Source of the DNA: Eledone cirrhosa
Lineage: Eukaryota
Reading direction: 5' to 3'
Assembly (NCBI GenBank): GCA_964016885.1
Contig: OZ024741.1
Span: 16,926,001-16,990,000 of the forward strand
Length of the DNA stretch: 64,000 bases
The translations under genes were made by a program, and so were the position numbers. The notes beneath the pieces are model-generated. The model was not told the origin of the DNA. It saw nothing but the letters and a program-made list of their open reading frames with translations, and made no database searches. Of the stretch, positions 44,400 to 56,706 are shown one piece after another. The stretch's first letter is position 1. Every line of letters starts with the position of its first letter.

Positions 44400-44449
44400 A
44401 TATCACCAATTTACAATTGTTGCTATAAACAAGTCCTCCTTTTGAAGGG

Positions 44450-45120
44450 GCGGTGGTGGCAAAGATAGTGGTGTTTTTGGTGGTGGGGATGAGGGCGGCG
44501 GTGATAATGGTGTTATTAGTGGTGGTGTTTGTGGCAGTGGTGGTGATAATGGTGTTATTGGTGGTGTTTGTGGTAGTGGTGGTAGTGGTAGTGGTGGTGA
44601 TAATGCTAGTGATGATTGGGGTGGGAATGGTGGTGGCAGAAGTAGTTTAATGACAATTATGTTGGTGATGATGGTGGTGATGGTGTTGGCAGTAATGGTA
44701 ATGATGGGGGGTGATGGTGGTGATTGTGGTGGTGGCGATGATGAGGAAAATGATGTTGGTGATAATATTGGTGATGATGGGCGTGATGATGGTGGTGATG
44801 GTGTTGGCAGTGATGGTGGTGATGGGGGTGATGATGGCGATGGTAATGGTGATGATGTTGGTGATGATGGTGGTGATCGTGGTGGTGGTGGTGGTGGTGG
44901 TGGCGATGATGAGGAAAATGATGTTGGTGATAATGGTGGTGATGATGGTGGTGATGGTGTTGGCAGTGATGGTGGTGATGATGGTGATGGTGGTGATGAT
45001 GGTGATGGTGTTGGCAGTGATGGTGGTGATGGTGTTGGCAGTGATGGTGGTGTTGGCAGTGATGGTGGTATTGGTGACAATGATGTGATGGTTACAGTGG
45101 TGGAAGTGTTGGTAGTGTGA
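44450..45120. repeat. Degenerate (GGT/GAT)n trinucleotide repeat with internal duplications
   Basis: Visible directly in sequence. Confidence 0.9.
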
Positions 45121-45149
45121 GGGAGGGGGAGTACTACAAAGTACCATAC

Positions 45150-45253
45150 CAGTGCTAATAAGTCCATACAACCAGAATGTACCCCAATATTGTATATTTG
45201 GGATGGAAATTCGAGAAGATTCATTGCTTCCAAATATTTCAAATAGAAATTTC
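45150..45253 (-). CDS. Candidate internal exon (NFYLKYLEAMNLLEFPSQIYNIGVHSGCMDLLAL)
   Basis: Minus-strand CAG acceptor (45254-56) and GTATGG donor, open frame; its phase-0 end joins 43112-43261 in frame; polypyrimidine tract is weak. Confidence 0.33.
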
Positions 45254-45304
45254 CTGTTATTTATTTTTAAAGTGTTCGTGGAAAAAGTAATATGTACTTT
45301 ACAA

Positions 45305-45391
<87 letters not shown>

Positions 45392-45694
45392 TGCACACAC
45401 AAACACACACATATATATATATACCTATATTATATGTTTATTTTCATACACGGAACAAAGGCGCTATCCAAGATATATCTATATGCACACACACACAGAC
45501 ACATATATAATTATATATATACACACATATATGTATATATAAGCAGATATATACACACATATATGTATGTATAAGCAGATATATACACATATATGTATGT
45601 ATATATATATATAGTTAATAAAGGAAACAAATCAAACACAGGGATGCAAAAATACACAGTTATATTAGTTTCAGTCTTGGAAGAAATGGGAGAG

Positions 45695-45733
45695 CGTTCG
45701 ACGTTTCGAAGAGAAGTCCTTCATGAGGAAAGG
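45695..45733 (-). ncRNA. Decayed minimal hammerhead (core CUCAUGA) in an island following (TA)n
   Basis: Minus: UUC-CUCAUGA-AGGACUUCUCUUC-GAAA-CG-UC-GAA; G5 is mutated. Confidence 0.4.
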
Positions 45734-45999
45734 TCGGATAAGGAGAGAACAGATAGATGTATGAAAGAAGTCTGTGAAAGTTAGGACAGGAAGTTGGAAA
45801 AGGCGTGTTGGGAGGAGATTATAGGTTGCCTGAATGTATATATATAGAGAGAGAAGGAGAGGGAGAGAAATGGGTTCTACAGGACTAGAACTGCTCCATT
45901 TAAAAGAAATCATCAGGTAAGTCGACTGCTCTTGTAACACTTGTATTTATAAATATAAATTAGAAGCCATTACTATATTAAACACGGTGTTTACATTCT

Positions 46000-46200
46000 A
46001 CTAATGTGGTTACCCCCGACTGAACCCGGGACTCATATATATATGGACACACTGGAAGAGGAAGACTGAGGTTAACATATGTTGATGCCCCAAGGACAGA
46101 CACTGGTCTCTTGGAGACGCAGGACATGGCAGCGATAATGAGGGACAGAGACCACTGGAGAGAACTCGTCCATGGATCTCGGGAATTTTACCCGCCCTAG
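46000..46200 (+). pseudogene. 3' terminal fragment of an RTE-clade LINE ORF followed by a (CA)n tail
   Basis: 46045-46200 translates GHTGRGRLRLTYVDAPRTDTGLLETQDMAAIMRDRDHWRELVHGSREFYPP*, matching the RGRPxxTYxD..DTGL..AMxDRxxWR C-terminal signature of RTE elements. Confidence 0.75.
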
Positions 46201-47499
46201 ATACACACACACACACACATATGTGCGTGTGTGAGTGTATGTATATTTGTATGTATACGTGCAAACACCCTTCACATACATATATGCAATCACAGAGACA
46301 TGATTCGACAGAATTCTCTGTAACTGCCCCCCACCCCACCTTGAAAAGTAGTGAATATTTAACATATTTAAATGGTGGGGTGAGGGGAAGGTAGCCTTAT
46401 TTACCTTGACAAACATATCCCAGTAGTAACAACAGCGCCAACACACACACATACATACACACACACACACACACATACACATACATACACACACACACAC
46501 ACACACGTACATACATACACACATACACACACACATACACACACATACACATACACACACACACATACACACGCATAAACACGTACACACACATACACAC
46601 ATACACACCTATACACACATATACAGGTGGCTTTGTCCAAAAATGTACTGTTGTTATGTTGGTAGCTGGACTGATTTATTTGTCTTGGCAAACATATCGT
46701 GCGCATGCGCACACACTTATGCACACACTAACACACACACACACGCGCAAACACATAGATACACACAGACAGACACACATAGACACTCACAAACACACGC
46801 ACACACACATATGTACACAAACGCATACAAATTCACACGCGACACACACACACAAATAGACACACACACAGACACGTAGGCACAGACCCACACAGACACT
46901 CACAAATACACACATACACAAACACACACATAGACACACACACACAAACATACATAAACACACACAAACATGTAGTTACATATACACACGTACAGACATA
47001 CACACACACAGACTTACACACACACACCTAGGCACACATACACACACCTAGGCACATACACACACACACCAAGGCACATAGACACACACACACACCTAGG
47101 CACATATATATATATATATACACACACCTATGCACATACACACACACCTACATACAGGTAAGTAGACGTGTCCTAAAAATATTTTATTACCTCTGAAGTG
47201 TTGACTCCTAAAAACTGCAGGAATTTATCAATAAATAAATAATTCGAACTTGACAGAAATCCCCTGAAATTACTTGACACATTTAATATCCCTTGACATT
47301 ACAGATACCTCTCTACAAAGTCTCAAGTAGTTTTGAAATAGGGGACACGATAAGGCAGTGAAATAGCTCTTACGTTGTTATGTGATTAATACGATGTATT
47401 GGCTGTATTTCAGGACATCTTCTGGCACTTCAATCTTTCAACGTCTCACCCCACAAAAAGGACGTGTCACTAGTCCCCATGGAGCCGCTAGGTGGTAAT

Positions 47500-48900
47500 A
47501 TTTCCCACAAAACTAACGTTACCTTGTTGTAAAGTAAAATTTTCCCACTAAACTTAAAGTACTCCAGGCTGTAAAACAAACATTTCCAACAAATCTAAAG
47601 TACACCTGACTATAAAACAAACATTTCCCACGAAAATATAAGACTAAAAAGGAAATATTTCCCACTAAACTAATGTACAATTGGCTGTCAAACAATTATT
47701 TCCCACTAAACTAAAGCAACCATTTCCCACCAAACTAAAGCAACTATTTCCCACCAAACCAAAGCAACTATTTCCCACCAAACTAAAGACATAAAGCTAC
47801 TATTTCCCACTAAACTAAAGCAACCATTTCCCACTAAACTAAAACAACTATTTCCCACCAAACTAAAGCAACCATTTCCCACCAAACTAAAGCATCCATT
47901 TCCCACTAAACTAAAACAACTATTTCCCACCAAACTAAAGCAATTATTTCCCACTAAACTAAAGCAACCATTTCCCACCAAACCAAAGCAACTATTTCCC
48001 ACCAAACCAAAGCAACTATTTCCCACCAAACTAAAGACATAAAGCTACTATTTCCCACTAAACTAAAGCAACCATTTCCCACTAAACTAAAACAACTATT
48101 TTCCACCAAACTAAAGCAACCATTTCCCACCAAACTAAAGCAACAATTTCCCACCAAACTAAAGCAACCATTTCCCACCAAACTAAAGCAACCATTTCCC
48201 ACCAAACTAAAGCATCCATTTCCCACTAAACTAAAACAACTATTTCCCACCAAACTAAAGCAACTATTTCCCACTAAACTAAAGCAACTATTTCCCACTA
48301 AACTAAAGCAACTATTTCCCACCAAACCAAAGCAACTATTTCCCACCACCAAAGCAACTATTTACCACCAAACTAAAGCAACTATTTCCTACTAAACTAC
48401 AGACATAAAGCTACTATTTCCCACTAAACTAATGCAACTATTTCCCACCAAACTAAAGCAACTATTTCCCACTAAACTAAAGCAACTATTTCCCACCAAA
48501 CCAAAGTAACTATTTCCCACCAAACCAAAGCAACTATTTACCACCAAACTAAAGCAACTATTTCCCACTAAAATAAAGACATAAAGCTACTATTTCCCAC
48601 TAAACTAAAGCAACTATTTCCCACCAAACCAAAGCACTATTTCCCACTAAACTAAAGCAACTATTTCCCACTAAACTAAAGCACCTATTTCCCACCAAAC
48701 CAAAGTAACTATTTCCCACCAAACCAAAGCAACTATTTCCCACTAAACTAAAGCAACTATTTTCCACTAAACTAAAGACATAAAGCTACTATTTCCCACT
48801 AAACTAAAGCAACTATTTCCCACCAAACTAAAGCAACTATTTCCCACCCAACCAAAGCAACTATTTCCCACCAAACCAAAGCAACTATTTCCCACTAAAC
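47500..48900. repeat. 24-bp minisatellite (TTTCCCACYAAACTAAAGCAACTA) with 33-bp variant units and longer diverged units at the left edge
   Basis: Visible period; explains the LVGNSCFS-repeat ORFs. Confidence 0.95.
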
Positions 48901-49087
48901 AACACGTGTTATATATTTCGATGACGATGCTCTTATTCACACCTTTTTATTAAATTCTATTTCCTATTTTCTGTTTTCTATTTACGCTCAAAAAGTTAAA
49001 GTCTTGACCTTACATCTCGCAAATGGCTATTCTCGCGGGATCGAGGGAGGAAGTGCAAAGATCAATCTCAACATTTAATTCCAGCAC

Positions 49088-49118
<31 letters not shown>

Positions 49119-49235
49119 TCTATTTATCTATCTATCTATTTATGTATCTATCTATTTCATGAATTCTAAATAAAGAATTGAAGTTAAGACAAATTCGTTT
49201 TATTTTCCTCTTTCAGATATAATTTGTTTTCTTTT

Positions 49236-49611
<376 letters not shown>

Positions 49612-49624
49612 TATATATATGTAT

Positions 49625-49665
<41 letters not shown>

Positions 49666-49716
49666 ATTATATTTAGATATATAGACAGGGTGTCTCAAAA
49701 GTGTATATACACCTTG

Positions 49717-49754
<38 letters not shown>

Positions 49755-49850
49755 GGTTCGCAATCGTGAGGTTGTGAGTTCGATTCCAGAACCAGGCGAT
49801 GCGTTATGACCTTGAACAAGACACTTTATTTCACGTTGCTCCTTCTACCT
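49755..49850 (+). mobile_element. tRNA-derived SINE fragment (second family)
   Basis: GAGTTCGATTCC B-box plus GACACTTTATTTCACGTTGCTCC, shared with 59209-59513. Confidence 0.75.
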
Positions 49851-50159
49851 GGAGTTGCGACCGATAGATAGTATTAGCAATTGGAAAGACCAACAGAAAC
49901 ATTGTTACCTCGGTCCGATTTGACGAAAGTCGATCGTTCCTTAATATATATATGTCAAAATCTTTTCCTGAGTTCAGTTTTTTTTGTTGCTATGGTAATG
50001 CGGCTGGACTGTCGGTCGCTATATTTGATTTGCAAAGCTGTCTAAACGTATTGTTATAACTCTGGGGTATTATTCTACACCGAGTGCTAAGCTGCATTCC
50101 GAATCTGCATTCGTTAGCTTAGCCGCAGCCAAAAGCTTCGTTAATGCTGTACTAAAATT

Positions 50160-50189
<30 letters not shown>

Positions 50190-50192
<3 letters not shown>

Positions 50193-50344
50193 GTGGAACA
50201 CTGGAAGGTAATATCCGTAGTGGTAGAGCACTCAGTCTAAGGGACGAGTTAGGTAGAAGTGGTTACACAACAGTTAGTTCACCATACTGAGAACAAGGTG
50301 AAACAATTGTTCTCGGTATGGTGAACTAACTGTTGTGTAACCAC

Positions 50345-50348
<4 letters not shown>
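50190..50348. mobile_element. Fold-back family F element in (TA)n; inversion junction lies within the hammerhead
   Basis: 50190-50296 matches 36428-36534; the remainder is an inverted copy starting at GGTGAAACAATTGTTCTC. Confidence 0.88.
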
Positions 50349-50403
<55 letters not shown>

Positions 50404-50831
50404 TATTCTGTTTATGAAATTAAACTTATCTGATTTGGCTAAAATGTTGGTGTTGTGGTGGCGGCGGACTAATGGAAGTAGAGATAGGGAGTAGTGGTTG
50501 TGGTGTTGGAATAAGTGGTTTGCAAACATCCCTGTCGACAACATCATTATATCTACTACCACCCAGACACCTCGCCCACCAACGGCACCAAACCTCTACC
50601 CACACCAAGTAGAAAACGAACAAAAAAATATCCCCACCACCATCATCATTACAAACACCACCATTTTCATCATAACCATGTTCAATATCATCATAAAAAG
50701 ATAATAGATTCACACACACACACACACACACACAATATTAAATGATTTTGGTTGGGTCACCACGTTTTTTCATAGTTAAGGCTTTTTAAAACGTAATATT
50801 CAAACACACACCGTAATGTAGTCGTCCCCCC

Positions 50832-50898
<67 letters not shown>

Positions 50899-51160
50899 CA
50901 ACTATGTGCTAGTAGTCTAGTTATATGAATTACCAACGAAACTATGTAACAAACCCCATAAAATAAGTTGTCAAGTCAATATTGTGAAGAAGGTCGGCAA
51001 TTTTTAGTGTTTATAACAGAGATTGTACCGTCTCATCTCCTTCACAATAACTACAAGTAGTTAATACACACGCCCCCTCTATCGGTGGTTATCAGTTGAA
51101 CTGTATCATTTATCATTGCTGTCTCTTTGTCTATCTGCCCCTTCTCTCTCTCTCCCTCTT

Positions 51161-51278
<118 letters not shown>

Positions 51279-51398
51279 GATAGACATAGAATATTCGAAA
51301 ATATTCTGTATGTTTATAATAAACATTTTGAAGACCCAATCGCTATAGAATAGAATACGTCACGTATTACAATTAGATTCTCGATAAAAGCAAGGGAA

Positions 51399-51441
51399 GT
51401 AACCTACGCGTTTCATTCTTATTAGAAATCTTCAGGATTAC
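51399..51441 (-). ncRNA. Minimal type I hammerhead ribozyme (family C)
   Basis: Exact reverse complement of 51778-51820. Confidence 0.88.
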
Positions 51442-51777
51442 ATATCCAGTGCTTTTATCGAGAATGACACAGCTAGAGACTTATAGAATACTTAGCTGTG
51501 TACAGGAACTGGTTTGAAAGAGCGGTTGCCGGTCCGGCAGAAATTAGAAATTGGAATGAATGCTCTGAAATAGCGATATATATGTGAAGATAGACATAGA
51601 ATATTCGAAAATATTCTGTATGTTTATAATAAACATTTTGAAGACCTAATCGCTATAGAATAGAAAACGTCACGTATTACAATTAGATTCTCGATGCTCT
51701 TTCAAACCAGTTCCTGTACACAGCTAAGTATTCTATAAGTCTCTAGCTGTGTCATTCTCGATAAAAGCACTGGATAT

Positions 51778-51820
51778 GTAATCCTGAAGATTTCTAATAA
51801 GAATGAAACGCGTAGGTTAC
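51778..51820 (+). ncRNA. Minimal type I hammerhead ribozyme (family C)
   Basis: GTAATC-CTGAAGA-T TTCT AATA AGAA T-GAAA-CGCG-TA-GGTTAC; 6-bp stem I, palindromic stem III, GUA site. Confidence 0.88.
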
Positions 51821-51977
51821 TTCCCTTGCTTTTATCGAGAATCTAATTGTAATACGTGACGTATTCTATTCTATAGCGATTAGGTCTTCAAAATGTTTAT
51901 TATAAACATACAGAATATTTTCGAATATTCTATGTCTATCTTCACATATATATCGCTATTTCAGAGCATTCATTCCA

Positions 51978-52115
<138 letters not shown>

Positions 52116-52331
52116 GTGAAAAATGTACATCTACATATGCATACTGAAATACTAGTATGCATATGAATACACACACGTATACATATGTAGATGTACCAAG
52201 TCTTTCACTGGTTACTTTACTGTGAGCAACCCAGCTATTCTGTATGTAAACACACAGACAAACCGGTTTTTAGAGTCATACTGGTTTTCGAGGAAACGCC
52301 TTTCCTCTATTCTCCAGAAAGCCAGACAAGG

Positions 52332-52376
52332 AATATTGAACTAGTTTCGTTGTTGTTACAACTCATCAGCAATATT
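52332..52376 (-). ncRNA. Minimal type I hammerhead ribozyme (family H island ~52190-52538)
   Basis: Minus: AAUAUUG-CUGAUGA-GUUGU aaca ACAAC-GAAA-CUAG-UU-CAAUAUU; perfect 7-bp stem I and 5-bp stem II, palindromic stem III. Confidence 0.92.
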
Positions 52377-52552
52377 TACCTATCTACCGGCCTTTCTGGA
52401 GAATCGTAAAAGCACATATCGTTATATGCTTTTTCTATGAAAATTAGTAGTGGGCAGACTAATTTGCATAGAGTGTGAGTACGCACCGGTTCAGCGGAGA
52501 CGATAAAAACAAATAACGAAACGAAATTAAATTTCTCTTATATATATATATA

Positions 52553-52691
52553 GGAAGAGTGTCAGGACCCCGACGGCAGAGTTCAAGCCAGAAATAGCCG
52601 TAGAAACGGCTTGAGATCTGCCGTTGGGGTCCTGACTCTTTCCCTATTACCCACCCTACTACCCAAAGTATCGAGTACTCTGGTGCGTGCG

Positions 52692-52693
<2 letters not shown>
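52553..52693. mobile_element. Fold-back family B element in (TA)n
   Basis: Homology to 37358-37578; inverted arms. Confidence 0.8.
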
Positions 52694-52765
<72 letters not shown>

Positions 52766-52814
52766 AAATAATTAAGTCAAATATTTAAAATTTGGCTTCG
52801 TTTATTAAAGGTTT

Positions 52815-52869
52815 ACTGCTATATATATTTCGGTGACATCCATCCTTGGCTGTGACCTCTTCAGGCAGT
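52815..52869 (-). ncRNA. Type I hammerhead ribozyme (family D, left arm)
   Basis: Minus: ACUGC-CUGAAGA-GGUCACAGCCA..GAUGUCACC-GAAA-UAUAUA-UA-GCAGU. Confidence 0.82.
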
Positions 52870-53087
52870 CCGAATTGGTGTGGTAGAGACAGGTACACAT
52901 GTTGTTGAAGTGTTTAACTCCGTCAATACTCCGATATACCCAGTTCCTGGTTGGGTTGTTATTTCTCAGAGGAACTGGAATCATATCTTGAGAAATAACA
53001 ACCCAACCAGGAACTGGGTATATCGGAGTATTGACGGAGTTAAACACTTCAACAACATGTGTACCTGTCTCTACCACACCAATTCGG

Positions 53088-53142
53088 ACTGCCTGAAGAG
53101 GTCACGCCCAATGATGGCTGTCACCGAAATATATATAGCAGT
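53088..53142 (+). ncRNA. Type I hammerhead ribozyme (family D, right arm)
   Basis: ACTGC-CTGAAGA(53093-99)-GGTCAC..GTCACC-GAAA(53126-29)-TATATA-TA-GCAGT. Confidence 0.82.
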
Positions 53143-53191
53143 ACATCTTTAATAAACGAAGCCAAATTTTAAATATTTGACTTAATTATTT

Positions 53192-53229
<38 letters not shown>

Positions 53230-53371
53230 AATAATACAGCCAATTTTCCACGCAATACTTTTAGTTAGCACCCCGAACGCATAATTGGGAATATAATCAC
53301 TTATTTCCTAATGTTTGTTGAGTGAGTTGGAATTTGGCCGGAGTATCGCTAAAAAACTTTCTCCGATATTG

Positions 53372-53434
<63 letters not shown>

Positions 53435-53535
53435 GCACGCACCAGAGTAACCAAACCAACCTGCGTACTTCGTCGAGTGCTCCAATCTGCATACTGAGGT
53501 GTCGGTAAACAACCAACATATACTCAATATATATA

Positions 53536-53786
53536 TATCAAAATGAAAATCTGAAGGCAAGGTAAAATTCCAATCATTTTAATCACGATACATGTGTTAA
53601 TAAGAGATAGATCGATCGTAAAGCCATGATCAATTATCACTGATTTCATCAGGTGAAAATGAATTGTCTTCAAATTCTTGATATGAGGGAGAAAATTAGC
53701 AATGTTCACTCACAGAGTTTATTCCCTCATATGTCGTGATTAAAATGATTGGAATTTTCCCTTGCCTTCAGATTTTCATTTTGATA
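53536..53786. mobile_element. Element with ~52-bp terminal inverted repeats and TA ends; internal minus-strand CTGATGA plus hairpin (half hammerhead?)
   Basis: TCAAAATGAAAATCTGAAGGCAAGG..AATCACGA at the left end and its reverse complement at 53734-53785; TCATCAG at ~53646-53652. Confidence 0.7.
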
Positions 53787-53912
53787 CTAATACTCCGTTT
53801 TACACCATCTAGCTGTTCCCTCGAATGGAATTGGAGATATACAAAAGCGTGGAGAACTTAATATTGCTAACATAAATTTATTGGACCGTTTTACACAACC
53901 AATAATACACCT

Positions 53913-53956
<44 letters not shown>

Positions 53957-54067
53957 CAAGAAAGATGCAAAAAAATCTTACTCCCACACTTAATTTTATT
54001 TTAAATCTTTAATTTTTACTTTTTAACTCCTGTTAATTCTTTTTAATGTTTTATTTCAATACTCAAC

Positions 54068-54112
54068 TTTTGATAAGATGAATTTTACTAATACATCGAA
54101 ACCGGTAATACT
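54068..54112 (+). ncRNA. Possible variant/decayed hammerhead (UUGAUAA core) in TA-flanked island 53955-54278
   Basis: TTGATAA-GATG..CATC-GAAA-CCGG-TA; stem I not evident. Confidence 0.4.
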
Positions 54113-54274
54113 TTATATACTTTATATACTTTATAAAACTTTTTTAAAAAGAATTGTCCTTCTCATTTTTTCAATAATGTCATCTTTTCAATAATGTCAC
54201 TTTGACGAATCAAAGAAAGGATAAAAAAAGAAAAACAGACCCTTAAATATATTTTCCATACTATTACCAACTTC

Positions 54275-54518
<244 letters not shown>

Positions 54519-54730
54519 ATTTACGTATCGAGAGAGAGAAAAAAGGAAGGATAGGTGATACATGTAGTTATTTGCCAAATAGCGTATGCAAAAGGTGCTC
54601 AATACTAGTGCCGGCAGTGTTAAATATTAGAAGTGTTAATATTTAGTGGGCGAGAGAGTTAGCAGAGTGTAAGCACGTGGAAAAGTAAGAAATCGGAGAA
54701 CAGACCGTTAAAACATGTTTATTTAAAACA

Positions 54731-54771
54731 GCACCTACGTACGTTTCGTTCAGTTGGGCTTGTCAAGGGCA
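54731..54771 (-). ncRNA. Variant hammerhead (UUGACAA core), left arm; stem II damaged
   Basis: Minus: UGCCC-UUGACAA-GCCC aacu GAAC-GAAA-CGUACG-UA-GGUGC. Confidence 0.55.
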
Positions 54772-55163
54772 TAAATAACCAAAAGTGCTCGGAAAGTGTT
54801 TTGGGGGTTAAGTTCACGTCATATTTCATTCTTCGCAAAAAAAAGCGTGTTTTGATTTTGCAGTAGGTCAAGAGAGGTAACTCTGACCGGTGTTAGGGCA
54901 GTCTTTCCCGGACAAATTTTTTATCCGTTACAAGATGTGGTTACAACCTTACCATTTCGATACGCACAGGGTCAGACAATCAACGCTTATTTTGAGATGT
55001 TTGTTTTCCGCACCTGCTCGCCTGGGTCGTTTGAGGCTGGGTCTGGGATGCATGGTTAGTTTCCTGGGTTTTTTTTGCAGCACCTGCCCACCGGGGTTTT
55101 AAAGCTTGTTGCAGGGAGACTCGGTATACGGTTTCACTCCTCATCCTTAACCCATCTGAAGAA

Positions 55164-56182
55164 CCAACACCTTCCTGTACATAAACACGGAAGAAGGAAG
55201 AAGAGTGCACCCGAGCATAAAGTGAAAAGGGCACGTAACGGGCTACAGCGCATTAACATACATAAGAACGGTCACCTTGATGGAACCACCCGTAGCAAAC
55301 GTACAAGGACACGTAATCGCCACCGTAACGTCCTACGGTTCCACCCCCCTTACTCTCGGAGTGTGGCCTCCAACATACCCCGGATATTCTTCGAAGCCTT
55401 AGAGAAGAACTTCCCGCCCAACCATAGGTATAGAAAACTTCTTAATAGGAACAATATAAAAATATCCATTCTCTACTACTCCTAACCTAGCAGACATCAT
55501 AGGACAACGAACCACAGTAAGATCACCAAGACACAGCACCTTAGCACAGACGCACCTACACCTGACAATAACTATATCGACCTTAACAACACCCTAGCAG
55601 CATCCAATAGTGCTGGCAACGGCCTCTCCAGACGCAACCAGCATAACCGCGACGTGACTGGGGAACATGTAGGACATGACGTGCAGAATAATAATCGTAC
55701 CACCCCGCGCACTGTGGGTTGTAATGGTGCTAACGACAGGTGCGGGAGCGTAGATAACAACGTAGATAGCAACACTGATAGCCTAACCGTGGGAAGTGGA
55801 AGGAACCGCGACAGAAATTGCAACTGCCGCGACAGGGGACGCTGCCCCCTTAGGGGGGGGGGGGGCTACCTCCGGCCCGTTCAAAATTAGATTTCGAACA
55901 CATCTCCACTCTGTCACAAATAAGAAATTAAGACACTCCACTTCGTTCGCGGACTACATCACATCATTAAAAGACTTAAACATCAGCTTCTCCACGCACT
56001 GGGATATTGTCGGAAGGGCTGCCCCGTACAACTTCAAGAGGAAGTGCGATCTTTGCCTCATGGAGCTCTACCACATCATAACTGCATCCCACGAGCTCAT
56101 CAACAGCAGAGCTGAAACGACGATAAGTTGTACACATCGCTTAAAAATATCCTTCTTCAGATGGGTTAAGGATGAGGAGTGA
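55164..56182 (+). pseudogene. Frameshifted C-terminal linker plus GIY-YIG endonuclease region of a Penelope-like element (no RT)
   Basis: Motifs RNVLRFHPPYSRSVASNIPRIFFEALEKNFPPNHRYRKLLNRNNIKIS, frameshifted FSTTPNLADII, CNCRDRGRCPL, GPFKIRFRTH..HSTSFADYI..LKD..WDIV..AAPY..KCDLCLME..LINSRAE..CTH are typical of this PLE EN type. Frameshifts near 55467, 55500 and 55850. Confidence 0.85.
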
Positions 56183-56554
56183 AACCGTGTACCGGGACTC
56201 CCTGCAACAAGCTTTAACACCCCGGCGGGTAGGCGCTGCAAAAGAACACCCAGGAAACTAACCATGCATCCCAGACCCAGCCTCAAACGACCCAGGCAAG
56301 CAGGTGCGGAAAAAAGTCTCAAAATAAGCGTTGATTGCCTGACCCTGTGCGTATCGACAATGGTAAGGTTGTAACAACATCTTGTAACGGATAAAAAATT
56401 TACCCGGGAAAGACTGCTCTAACACCGGCCAGAGTTACCTCCCTTGACCTACTGCAAAATCAAAACACGCTTTTTTTGCGAAGAATGAATTATGACGTGA
56501 ACTTAACCCCCAAAACACTTTCCGAGCAATGTAAGGAACACTTTTGGTTATTTA

Positions 56555-56595
56555 TGCCCTTGACAAGCCCAACTGGGCGAAACGTACGGAGGTAC
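56555..56595 (+). ncRNA. Variant hammerhead (UUGACAA core), right arm; cleavage triplet damaged
   Basis: TGCCC-TTGACAA-GCCC aact GGGC-GAAA-CGTACG-GA-GGTAC. Confidence 0.55.
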
Positions 56596-56649
56596 TGTTT
56601 TAAATAAACATGTTTTAACGGTCTGTTCTCCGATTTCTTACTTTTCCAC

Positions 56650-56706
<57 letters not shown>

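Larger units (their letters stand above)
52761..53197. mobile_element. Family D: near-perfect ~440-bp palindrome in (TA)n with a hammerhead in each arm
   Basis: Arms ~52761-52969 and ~52990-53197 are reverse complements with a few mismatches; ~20-bp spacer. Confidence 0.93.

Noticed and set aside
45895-45925. Minus-strand CTGATGA near 45910 as another hammerhead
   Set aside because: No stem II-GAAA-stem III arrangement follows it.
46625-47495. Possible plus-strand exons at ~46627-46698 and ~47414-47491
   Set aside because: Splice-like dinucleotides and short open frames only; no recognisable protein or consistent gene model.
49686-49716. CAGGGTGTCTCAAAAG resembling a Tc1/mariner TIR
   Set aside because: Only a short single end; no partner TIR found.
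52805-53152. Pair of near-identical 90-aa ORFs on opposite strands
   Set aside because: A consequence of the DNA palindrome; no recognisable domain.
54674-56652. DNA transposon with long TIRs
   Set aside because: The enclosed ORF is PLE endonuclease-like, not a transposase; the arm includes the ORF's own stop codon, and the left side extends asymmetrically beyond the inverted repeat.
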